Shown here piece after piece: positions 56,367 through 64,000 of a DNA stretch of 64,000 nt; within the stretch, counting starts at the first letter, position 1; each line of letters starts with the position of its first letter. Under the pieces are notes generated by a model, which was not told the origin of the DNA, made no database searches, and saw nothing but the letters and a program-made list of their open reading frames with translations. The stretch is from a virus. Its lineage: Duplodnaviria > Caudoviricetes. The DNA is taken from positions 8,277 to 72,276 of the IMG/VR virus record IMGVR_UViG_3300044537_000257. One strand, 5' to 3'. The translations under genes were made by a program, and so were the position numbers.

Positions 56367-56515
56367 CGCCACCGGCTGAGGGTGGCGCCACTGACTCAAA
56401 ACCGACTGATGCCAATACTGTAGCTGAGATCACTGCCTGGTTAGACGCTCATAGTATTGATCACTCTGGTGTAACGGCTAAGGCAGATTTATTAGCCTTG
56501 GTACCCGCTGAATAG
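56354..56515 (+). other. -1 frameshift signal and capsid C-terminal extension
   Basis: CCCAAAA 56354-56360, same hairpin; -1 frame open for 51 codons. Confidence 0.8.
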
Positions 56516-56526
56516 GTGGTGATTGC

Positions 56527-56892
56527 ATGGATTATGTAACTGAAATTAGACCGTTATTAATGCTTGATGATGAGGTGTTTGACGCTCAAGAAGAGACTAT
56601 CAGCAAGATCACTTCTAACTCTGCAGCACGACTATTGATTAAGCTTAAGGGGGTAGCAAAAGCGGTACCTGATGAGCTTGGTTACATTGTACTAGAAGTA
56701 TCCATTAAACGATTTAACCGGCTTAAAAACGAAGGTATGGCATCCTACGGCCAAGAGGGCGAATCAATCACTTATAGCGATGATGATTTTGCCGAGTTTG
56801 CCGATGATATTGCCGATTGGATCAGCGCACATGACGTTCATCATGGTAAGTCTGGTGTTAGCTTTATCAGCGCCTACGGAGGTGGTAGCTAA
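56527..56892 (+). CDS. Head-tail connector
   Basis: Homologue of 16191..16556. Confidence 0.88.
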   Translation: MDYVTEIRPLLMLDDEVFDAQEETISKITSNSAARLLIKLKGVAKAVPDELGYIVLEVSIKRFNRLKNEGMASYGQEGESITYSDDDFAEFADDIADWISAHDVHHGKSGVSFISAYGGGS

Positions 56893-57206
56893 TGCGCTAC
56901 GACACGCTAGTCACTTTTGTCAGCGAAGGAGCCGGCAACGTTTATAATCCGGTAACAGGCGAATATGACGAGGATAAAACTTCATTTACCCGTTTGGCTA
57001 ATGTGACTGATGTAGGTACTAGTCGATCCATGGAGTTGTTTGGTGACCTGGACACGTCCAACAAAGTTTTGCGTTTTGCTAATGGCGTAATGTTGGCTGA
57101 TTGGACGTATTTAACACTACCTGACAGTGATACGCATTATGTAAAAGTAACGACACGGAAACCGCTCAAAAGCAATACTCTGATCGTAGGTGAAACACAT
57201 GGCTAA
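56892..57206 (+). CDS. Head closure protein
   Basis: Homologue of 16556..16870. Confidence 0.75.
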   Translation: MRYDTLVTFVSEGAGNVYNPVTGEYDEDKTSFTRLANVTDVGTSRSMELFGDLDTSNKVLRFANGVMLADWTYLTLPDSDTHYVKVTTRKPLKSNTLIVGETHG

Positions 57207-57546
57207 GTTGATTGGAACGGATAAATTATCCAAAGCATTGCAAAATAAAATTGGGATGCCAGCGGTCAAGAAAATTATTTCCACTAATACAGCTCGCTTG
57301 CAAGGTCAAACCGTGCAAAACACGGCCACGGCCTACACGAAGGGTTACACTACCGGTGCCACACGGCGGTCAATTGGCATGGAGTTACAACATGGTGGTC
57401 TAACTGGTGTTGTCGGTATGGGGATGGATTATGATCCATACCTAGAAGTCGGCACACGCTTTATGGAAGCCGAGCCAGCGCTTAAGCCAGCTTTCAATCA
57501 GGTTAAAACGCAAATGCACAATGATATTAATCGGTTGATGAAATGA
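57199..57546 (+). CDS. HK97 gp10-like protein
   Basis: TGATRRSI...GTRFMEAEPALKPA. Confidence 0.85.
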   Translation: MAKLIGTDKLSKALQNKIGMPAVKKIISTNTARLQGQTVQNTATAYTKGYTTGATRRSIGMELQHGGLTGVVGMGMDYDPYLEVGTRFMEAEPALKPAFNQVKTQMHNDINRLMK

Positions 57547-57553
57547 GGTGGTC

Positions 57554-57946
57554 GTGATTAAAACAATAGATCAGGATTTATTTGACACAATGTTCAAAAT
57601 CTCTACAGCGCTTGGCTATGACACATTCGATGTGCGGCCACCGGATAAAACGGCTTATCCTTTTGTGCAAATTGGCGATGTGCACGTTACACCGCGAGCA
57701 ACTAAAAATGTGCTAGTGGGCTCATCTTTTATCACAATTGAATTATTCGGGGATCATACCCAGCGCAAGCTTCTATCTGACATGATGGGAGCTATTTTTA
57801 TGGCTGCAGTTAACTTGCGCCAGTTACAAGGCTATCGGGTAGCAGCTAATATCAATGCTAGCAGCAGCCGAATGGTCAAAGACACTTCTGTGCCTAACAC
57901 TACGTTATGGCACGGAATTATTGATTTAGAATACAGAATTTTATAG
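57554..57946 (+). CDS. Tail terminator / completion protein
   Basis: Homologue of 17212..17610. Confidence 0.75.
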   Translation: MIKTIDQDLFDTMFKISTALGYDTFDVRPPDKTAYPFVQIGDVHVTPRATKNVLVGSSFITIELFGDHTQRKLLSDMMGAIFMAAVNLRQLQGYRVAANINASSSRMVKDTSVPNTTLWHGIIDLEYRIL

Positions 57947-57957
57947 GAGGGAATTGC

Positions 57958-58527
57958 ATGGCTGATACAGAAGAATTACAGGTGCTGCAAGGAATCGATA
58001 AGGTGGTTTACTACCGTAAATTAGCGGATGCAGCAACTAAGGAAGGTCATTTACTGCCTTACCAAACCACCCACACATTTGATCCAAGTAAGAATACCGA
58101 TTCAACAGCTACGAAAAGTGGAGCGGTCAGCACCGCCGCATCTGTGGAAACTGATTTTGAACAGGAATTTATTGATTCTACGGATGCAATTGCTGATGGT
58201 TTCTACGATTCATTATTTAATGATGAAACTTTAGAGGTTTGGATTGTCAGTCTTAAGCGTAAAAATACGACAGGACAATTATTCTCTTGGTATTTCCGAG
58301 CAAAAGTTCAGGAAGATGAGAATGATAACGATGCGGATGATAACTCGACCCGTGATGTCACTTTCACGGTTGACGGCACACCTAAGCGTGGTTGGTTGAC
58401 CTTACCTGATGGTGCGCAAGAAGAGATTGATTATATCTTCCGTGGTCTGAAAGCTTTATCTGGTGACGATACCACTGGCGGTGGAACACCGTTAGCACCG
58501 GAGGGCGCCACGACAACTACACCATAA
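57958..58527 (+). CDS. Major tail (tube) protein
   Basis: LQGIDKVVYYR...DSTATKSG...YIFRGL; diverged from MTP 1. Confidence 0.85.
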   Translation: MADTEELQVLQGIDKVVYYRKLADAATKEGHLLPYQTTHTFDPSKNTDSTATKSGAVSTAASVETDFEQEFIDSTDAIADGFYDSLFNDETLEVWIVSLKRKNTTGQLFSWYFRAKVQEDENDNDADDNSTRDVTFTVDGTPKRGWLTLPDGAQEEIDYIFRGLKALSGDDTTGGGTPLAPEGATTTTP

Positions 58528-58610
58528 GCTGGATAATAATTACTTAGTCGCCTAAGAAAATCACAATGCCGAGAATCGGGGCGGCTCTTAATAATGGAGG
58601 AATTTTAAAA

Positions 58611-58943
58611 ATGGAATTAACAATTAATGGTAAAGATTATAGCTTTGTTTTTGGTTTCGGTTTTTTACGAAAAATGAACGAACTACGTGGCATCTCCCGC
58701 GATGGGGTCAACATCGGTATGGGTCTTCAGGTAACAGCTCCCGCATTAAAGGCTTTTGATACATTGGCCTTAATTGATGTACTTCGTGCGGCCAATGCAA
58801 CTGAAAAAGCACGCGTATCTGTTGCTGACTTAGAAGGATTTTTATCAACGACTGATAAATTGGAACAGGTTTTTGACCAAACATGGAAAGCGTTAGAAGA
58901 ATCAAATTTAACCAAGCTCGCGGTCAAGAAACTGGCGCTATAG
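58611..58943 (+). CDS. Tail assembly chaperone
   Basis: MELTINGKDYSFVFGFGFLR. Confidence 0.85.
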   Translation: MELTINGKDYSFVFGFGFLRKMNELRGISRDGVNIGMGLQVTAPALKAFDTLALIDVLRAANATEKARVSVADLEGFLSTTDKLEQVFDQTWKALEESNLTKLAVKKLAL

Positions 58944-59359
58944 CCACAGAACCGCGAACGGTTGATCAGCAATTTCATGAAGTACAACTTAATGCATTAC
59001 GTTATTTTGGAATGAATGATCTGCTTGAAGTCGATCGTATGACCTTAAGTGAATATTATTTACGTTTAGAAGCTTATCAACTTAAACAGGTTGATGAACA
59101 GCGCCTGATTGCGATGCAGTCCTGGCTTAATCAAACGGTTAAAGCACAGACTGGTTCGGCAAAGCATCCCAAGCCAAAATATAAACGTTTTGATCAGTTC
59201 TTCGATGCAGAAAAGCAAGAAGAACAAATTACGCATTATTTTGAGCCAAAATCAAAGACACCAATTGAAAGCAAGCATGCTAAAAAGCTTGAAGCCTTTG
59301 AAGTCTTTAATCAGCGTCGTATCGAGTTTGAAAAAATGAAAACTAAGAAGGGAGGTTAA
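58883..59359 (+). CDS. Tail assembly chaperone second ORF (G-T type)
   Basis: MTLSEY...QSWLNQTVKA...YKRFDQFFD; -1 frame overlap. Confidence 0.75.
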   Translation: MESVRRIKFNQARGQETGAIATEPRTVDQQFHEVQLNALRYFGMNDLLEVDRMTLSEYYLRLEAYQLKQVDEQRLIAMQSWLNQTVKAQTGSAKHPKPKYKRFDQFFDAEKQEEQITHYFEPKSKTPIESKHAKKLEAFEVFNQRRIEFEKMKTKKGG

Positions 59360-59361
59360 CT

Positions 59362-62300
59362 ATGGCTGAATCTTATAGCGTAGAAGCGGTGTTATCCGCG
59401 GTCGATAAGAACTTTTCATCGACCATGCGTAGCGGTATTTCCAATATGGATAGCTTAAGCAAAGCGACTGAGACCGCAACGAGTACCATCGGGAAAATTG
59501 CGGCGGGAATCGGTATTTTTAAGGCCGTTTCTGCGGCAGTCAATTTAGTTGAGTCCTCTGTTGGAAGCGCCATTTCGCGGATTGATACGCTGAACAACGC
59601 CAACCGAACCTTTGAGAATATGGGTTTTTCTGCTAGTGATACGGCGAAAATGATGGACGGTCTACAGGCTAGTATCAAGGGCCTGCCAACGCCATTAGAT
59701 CAGGCCGTTTCTGGTGTTGAATTGCTAGCCGCGTCAACAAATGATATTGGGAAATCGCAAAAAATTTGGTCAGCGATGAACGATGGGATTATCGGCTTTG
59801 GCGGTAGCACAGCGCAAGTACAAGAAGCAGTTGTGCAACTCTCACAGGCTTTTTCTAATGGTAAGGTCGATGCCGCCACTTGGAATAGTATGATTAATGA
59901 CGGTTTAGGTCCAGCATTGAATGCCATTGCTCGGCAAATGGGGACGACAACTGGTGCGTTAAAAGCTGGATTAAGTGATGGCAGTATCAGCGTCGGAACG
60001 TTCCAAGATGCCTTGATCAATCTAGATAAAAACGGTGGCGGTGGACTTAAGTCACTGGCACAGATTGCTAAAGATTCAACATCTGGTATCAGTACTTCGA
60101 TTGCTAACGCTAAGACAGCAACAACTCGTGGTGTTGCCGATATTATCAAGGCAATTGATCAGGGATTGGCTGCTAATCATTTACCAACGATTGGAGCGGC
60201 AATAAGTGCGTTCGGGAGTTTAGTTGAAAATACACTTGGCAAAGTTGCTAAAGTGATCCCTGCAGTGATTACTAAAATCACTTCATTTGGGCAAGCATTT
60301 ATCCCATGGAACGGCATTCTTAAGGCGGCAGGTGCAGCAATTGCGATGTTAGTTACCGCGATTATGGGTGCCAGTAAAATAGTCGCTGTTCAAGCAATGT
60401 TTACCAATTTAAAGAAAGCCATTGCGGGGATAAGTTTTAATCCTGTGATGCTAGGAGTGGCTGCAGTTGTTGCTTTAGTTGCAATTTTGGCTAAGGCTTA
60501 TCAGCAAAGTACGCAGTTACAGGACGCAGTCAAAGTGATTGGTGACGCGTTTAATTCGGTTTTTGGTCCTGCAATCGCAGCGGCTAAAACTGCTATTTCC
60601 AATTTTCTTAAATCATTTGCGGGGATGGACAGTATCTCTGCGTCAATTAACGCAATTGCTGAGTCAATAGGCAATACACTAGCTACTGCTTTGGTCAGTG
60701 TTAACTGGACTGCCTTTTTTGGTGCTGCCAAGACAGCATTAGACGGTGTTATTAATATAGTAAGAACAATTATCACTGGAATTGGAAAAATGGTCAGTGC
60801 ATTTGTCGAAGCTGGTGGTGCAGCCGCTACATGGAGTGCCATTGTGACTATTGCTCAGACGGTTTGGACTGTGATCTCAACTATCAGCGTAATCCTTGCG
60901 GAGGTTATAGCTAAAATGGTCAGCTTGGGTGCCACCTCTAGCGTTTTTCAAACAATGGGCACGGGGCTGGCATCTATAGCTAAAGGCTTAAATGCAATTG
61001 CACCTATTATTGGTACAGTCGTTGCAGCGTTTATGGTTTTTAAAACAATTGTCAGTGTTATAAATGGCGTCCTTACAGTTGTTGGCGTGCTCTCAAAAGC
61101 ATTTTCTGCGTTGGGTACTATAGCTTCGGTAGTTGGGACTTTATTATCAGCACCGTGGGTTGCTGCAGCCGCAGCAGTTGCAGTTTTGGTTGCCGCTGTC
61201 ATCGTTGCTTACAACAAGTTTGCTTGGTTTAGAGACTTTGTCAACTCAATTCCAGGCACCCTGCAAGCAGCGTGGACTGCGTTTACAACTTGGTTTGCTA
61301 GTATTTGGACGACAGTAGTAGCGGTTGCTACTACCGTTTGGAACACACTCGTAACTGTTGCACAAACTGTCATTGCGGCGCTAGAAGTCGCATGGACAGT
61401 TATTGGACCATTCTTTGCAACGTTATGGCAAACGATAGTTAGCGTTGCGACAACAATTTGGAATACGCTTGTGACTGTGTTTACGACCATTGTGCAAATG
61501 GTCATGACAGTATGGAATCTAGTCGGTCCATTTTTCACCTCTCTGTGGACTGGAATTGTGACGGTGGCTACCGCAATATGGACAGGGCTTAGCTCAATTA
61601 TTACCGCATTAATTCCGATTTTGGAAGCTGCTTGGGCGCTGTTTGGTCCATTCATTATTGCAATTTTTACTGCGATCTGGACGGCTGCGATTACAATCTG
61701 GAACGGAATTTCGACTGTGATCACTACAGTAATGGCCGTGATTCAGGCAGTCATTACAACGGCGATGGGCGTTATCTCGGCATTATGGACAGCAGCTTGG
61801 GGAGTGATCTCGGCTGTTGTAAGCACGATTTGGAATGTCATTGTTGCTGTGGTGACAACAGCAATTAATGTTGTCTCCGGTATTATTACCGCAGTTTTAG
61901 ATGTAATTTCTGGCAATTGGTCTGGCGCATGGAATGCCATCAAGGGTGTTGCATCATCCATCTGGGACGGAATTAAGTCTGTGATTACTTCAGTGATTAA
62001 TGGTATTGAGGGCGTTATCACCTCAGTTTTAAATGGAATTATGGGCGTATGGACATCAATTTGGAATGGCATTAGATCTGTTGCTAGCTCTGTTTGGAAT
62101 AGCATTAGATCGGTTATTTCATCTGGAATCAATGCAGCTAGGAGCATTATCTCCAGTGTTATGAGTAGCATTGCTAGCACAATGTCGAATATCTGGAATT
62201 CGATTGTTTCCGTGGTTAGCAGCACATTTTCAAGAGTTGTCAGTCAAGTTTCTAGCGGCATTTCGCGAGCATACCAGGCTGTAACTGGGTATGTTGGCAG

Positions 62301-62823
62301 AATGGCGTCTGCTGGTGCTGATTTTGTAAATGGGTTTGTAAGAGGAATTACTGGTGCTATCGGTGGTGCTGTACAAGCTGCTGCAAATATGGCTAAGAGT
62401 GCCCTAAACGCTGCTAAATCAGCCCTAGGTATCCATTCGCCGTCTCGTGTGATGAAAAAAGAAGTCGGCTACTATACTGCTGCCGGGTTGGCTGTTGGTA
62501 TTTTAGACAATCTAAAACTGGTGACTGATGCTGCTAAACAATTAGCTGGCGCTGCAGTACCTGATACGCCAACAGTTGATTTTGAAGCAAGTTATGATGC
62601 CTCTAATCTAGATAATTTTATGGCTGGAACTAAAAAGCTACAGTCAAATTTACAGGCTGCAGTTAGCTCTCAAATTAATTATGCTGAGCAGAAGCAGTTT
62701 ACAGTTGAAGTCCCTGTCAATTTAGACGGTCAGGAAGTGGCGCGGATTACTGCAGAACCAATGGAGAGTGAGCTAGCTAAAAGGTCACAGCGAACAAACC
62801 GGATCTATGGTAGAAGAAGTTAA
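59362..62823 (+). CDS. Tape measure protein
   Basis: 1153 aa; tape-measure motif FSNGKV..ATWNSM; Trp-periodic repeats; ALGIHSPSRV. Confidence 0.93.
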   Translation: MAESYSVEAVLSAVDKNFSSTMRSGISNMDSLSKATETATSTIGKIAAGIGIFKAVSAAVNLVESSVGSAISRIDTLNNANRTFENMGFSASDTAKMMDGLQASIKGLPTPLDQAVSGVELLAASTNDIGKSQKIWSAMNDGIIGFGGSTAQVQEAVVQLSQAFSNGKVDAATWNSMINDGLGPALNAIARQMGTTTGALKAGLSDGSISVGTFQDALINLDKNGGGGLKSLAQIAKDSTSGISTSIANAKTATTRGVADIIKAIDQGLAANHLPTIGAAISAFGSLVENTLGKVAKVIPAVITKITSFGQAFIPWNGILKAAGAAIAMLVTAIMGASKIVAVQAMFTNLKKAIAGISFNPVMLGVAAVVALVAILAKAYQQSTQLQDAVKVIGDAFNSVFGPAIAAAKTAISNFLKSFAGMDSISASINAIAESIGNTLATALVSVNWTAFFGAAKTALDGVINIVRTIITGIGKMVSAFVEAGGAAATWSAIVTIAQTVWTVISTISVILAEVIAKMVSLGATSSVFQTMGTGLASIAKGLNAIAPIIGTVVAAFMVFKTIVSVINGVLTVVGVLSKAFSALGTIASVVGTLLSAPWVAAAAAVAVLVAAVIVAYNKFAWFRDFVNSIPGTLQAAWTAFTTWFASIWTTVVAVATTVWNTLVTVAQTVIAALEVAWTVIGPFFATLWQTIVSVATTIWNTLVTVFTTIVQMVMTVWNLVGPFFTSLWTGIVTVATAIWTGLSSIITALIPILEAAWALFGPFIIAIFTAIWTAAITIWNGISTVITTVMAVIQAVITTAMGVISALWTAAWGVISAVVSTIWNVIVAVVTTAINVVSGIITAVLDVISGNWSGAWNAIKGVASSIWDGIKSVITSVINGIEGVITSVLNGIMGVWTSIWNGIRSVASSVWNSIRSVISSGINAARSIISSVMSSIASTMSNIWNSIVSVVSSTFSRVVSQVSSGISRAYQAVTGYVGRMASAGADFVNGFVRGITGAIGGAVQAAANMAKSALNAAKSALGIHSPSRVMKKEVGYYTAAGLAVGILDNLKLVTDAAKQLAGAAVPDTPTVDFEASYDASNLDNFMAGTKKLQSNLQAAVSSQINYAEQKQFTVEVPVNLDGQEVARITAEPMESELAKRSQRTNRIYGRRS

Positions 62824-62844
62824 TTAAATTTGAGGTGAAGTAAT

Positions 62845-64000
62845 GTGTACAATTTTCGTGATCTATCCCCGTATACGGGCACCGATGAGGCCGTTTGGCC
62901 GGCTGAGGCGATGGTCTTTAATGGGAAGCTGTTTGAACGCGAGATCCCAGAATATCGTACCTTACAAGTACAAGGGCGCGAGCTATTAGGCCAGTCACTA
63001 GACACGCTGACAGTTGGTAATCAGAACGGTGAACGACTACGCTCACGGCGTTATCCAGCCCGTGAGATCACAATTAAATATCAAGTGGCCGCAGCAACAA
63101 CCGAACGATTCCGGGAGATATTTTATCAGCTCAACGCTTTGCTGCAAGGTCAAGACAATAAATTTTACTTTTTAGACGACACGACGAAATATTTTATCGG
63201 TACGTTATCGGAAATCGAAGCGGTGCCGGGTGGTAGTAATTCGGTGGTGTCGTCTTTTACTATCCTGTGCAATGACCCGTTTGCTTATGCCATGCGGGAG
63301 GATAGCTTTGCAGTCGCCAGTGCTGGGACTTATGATTTTAAGTTAGATTTTGCTAACAAGATCTTTGGTGATTTTAGTAGCAATCCAAATATGATCTATG
63401 GTGCCGAATGGCACGAAATCGAAAATCGTAAGCCAGACTCACTATGGTGGGAATGGGAACAGGAAAACTATAACAAGTTGGCTAAGCAAGATGGCATTAG
63501 TGGCTCCTACACGCGGACTGACGTCGGCAACTCGACACGACTAGTGATGCGCTTTGACGTAATCAATGCGATTGAGCAACAGATGCCAGGGTTTTGGCAG
63601 CGGCTAGGGCTGATCGAATTATCTGAGCGGCTAGCGTGGCTGAGCGATCATATCAAGAAGTTTTACATCGAGGTGTGGAGCTACGGTCACGGTGCTAGTG
63701 GGTATGGCACTAAAGTGCAGACTTGGTCTGGTACTGAGTGGATCGGAACTCAGTCAAATACCGCAAGCAAGCCGGAAAAAAATACCTATAGTTTCGCTGG
63801 CCAAGAAGCCACTGCCGCTATGACAGACGGCTATTTTTATGCACTGACTGGTACCAATGATGCCGATGCGACTACACCGACTGTTAGTTATTTAGACTAT
63901 GCCGCATTAAGTGTCAGTGTTGATGTGCCGGCAACTAAAAACGCAGTGACCATCACTAACGATGGTCCATTACCGGTACCAGTCCGATTTGAGCTGACCA
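62845..64000 (+). CDS. Distal tail protein (partial, runs off window)
   Basis: Near-identical to 22601 onward. Confidence 0.9.
   Translation, partial: MYNFRDLSPYTGTDEAVWPAEAMVFNGKLFEREIPEYRTLQVQGRELLGQSLDTLTVGNQNGERLRSRRYPAREITIKYQVAAATTERFREIFYQLNALLQGQDNKFYFLDDTTKYFIGTLSEIEAVPGGSNSVVSSFTILCNDPFAYAMREDSFAVASAGTYDFKLDFANKIFGDFSSNPNMIYGAEWHEIENRKPDSLWWEWEQENYNKLAKQDGISGSYTRTDVGNSTRLVMRFDVINAIEQQMPGFWQRLGLIELSERLAWLSDHIKKFYIEVWSYGHGASGYGTKVQTWSGTEWIGTQSNTASKPEKNTYSFAGQEATAAMTDGYFYALTGTNDADATTPTVSYLDYAALSVSVDVPATKNAVTITNDGPLPVPVRFELT

Larger units (their letters stand above)
32676..64000 (+). mobile_element. Prophage 2 (continues beyond the window)
   Basis: int, immunity, PolA-type replication, terS/terL, head and tail genes to Dit. 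Confidence 0.95.

Noticed and set aside
56137-56379. 80-aa ORF overlapping the MCP2 end (and 15783..15983 in prophage 1)
   Set aside because: Alternate-frame shadow; the conserved extension is in the -1 frame after CCCAAAA

Overview
The window is almost entirely prophage DNA: two siphovirus-type prophages in tandem, in the same orientation, from a lactobacillus-like host (host assignment is inference from protein families). Prophage 1 (1..~32.7 kb) is missing its left end. It has an SSB/replication-initiator module, a small-gene accessory array, a second tyrosine recombinase, a late activator, a DUF2829/Tad2-like gene, and packaging, head, tail and lysis genes. The junction near 32.55-32.75 kb carries a tmRNA(ssrA)-3'-end-like att core between arm-type repeats. 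Prophage 2 (~32.7 kb..>64 kb) has an integrase, an ImmA/CI/Cro switch, accessory genes, a DUF2800-DUF2815-PolA-primase-VRR-NUC-SNF2 replication module (SNF2 broken by an in-frame stop), and packaging, head and tail genes, cut off by the window in Dit. The early modules and terminases differ strongly, while portal, scaffold, capsid and Dit are nearly identical, so each prophage acts as an internal comparative control for the other. This comparison shows: (i) an identical 43-nt core held in covarying stems at the start of both late operons, a candidate ncRNA; (ii) a long MuF with an HExxH extension versus a short MuF; (iii) a conserved non-AUG portal start; (iv) a conserved -1 frameshift signal extending the capsid protein; (v) a repeated gene-junction motif in both accessory arrays. 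No CRISPR array, tRNA, rRNA, IS element or reverse transcriptase was seen. All family assignments come from motif recognition, not database searches.
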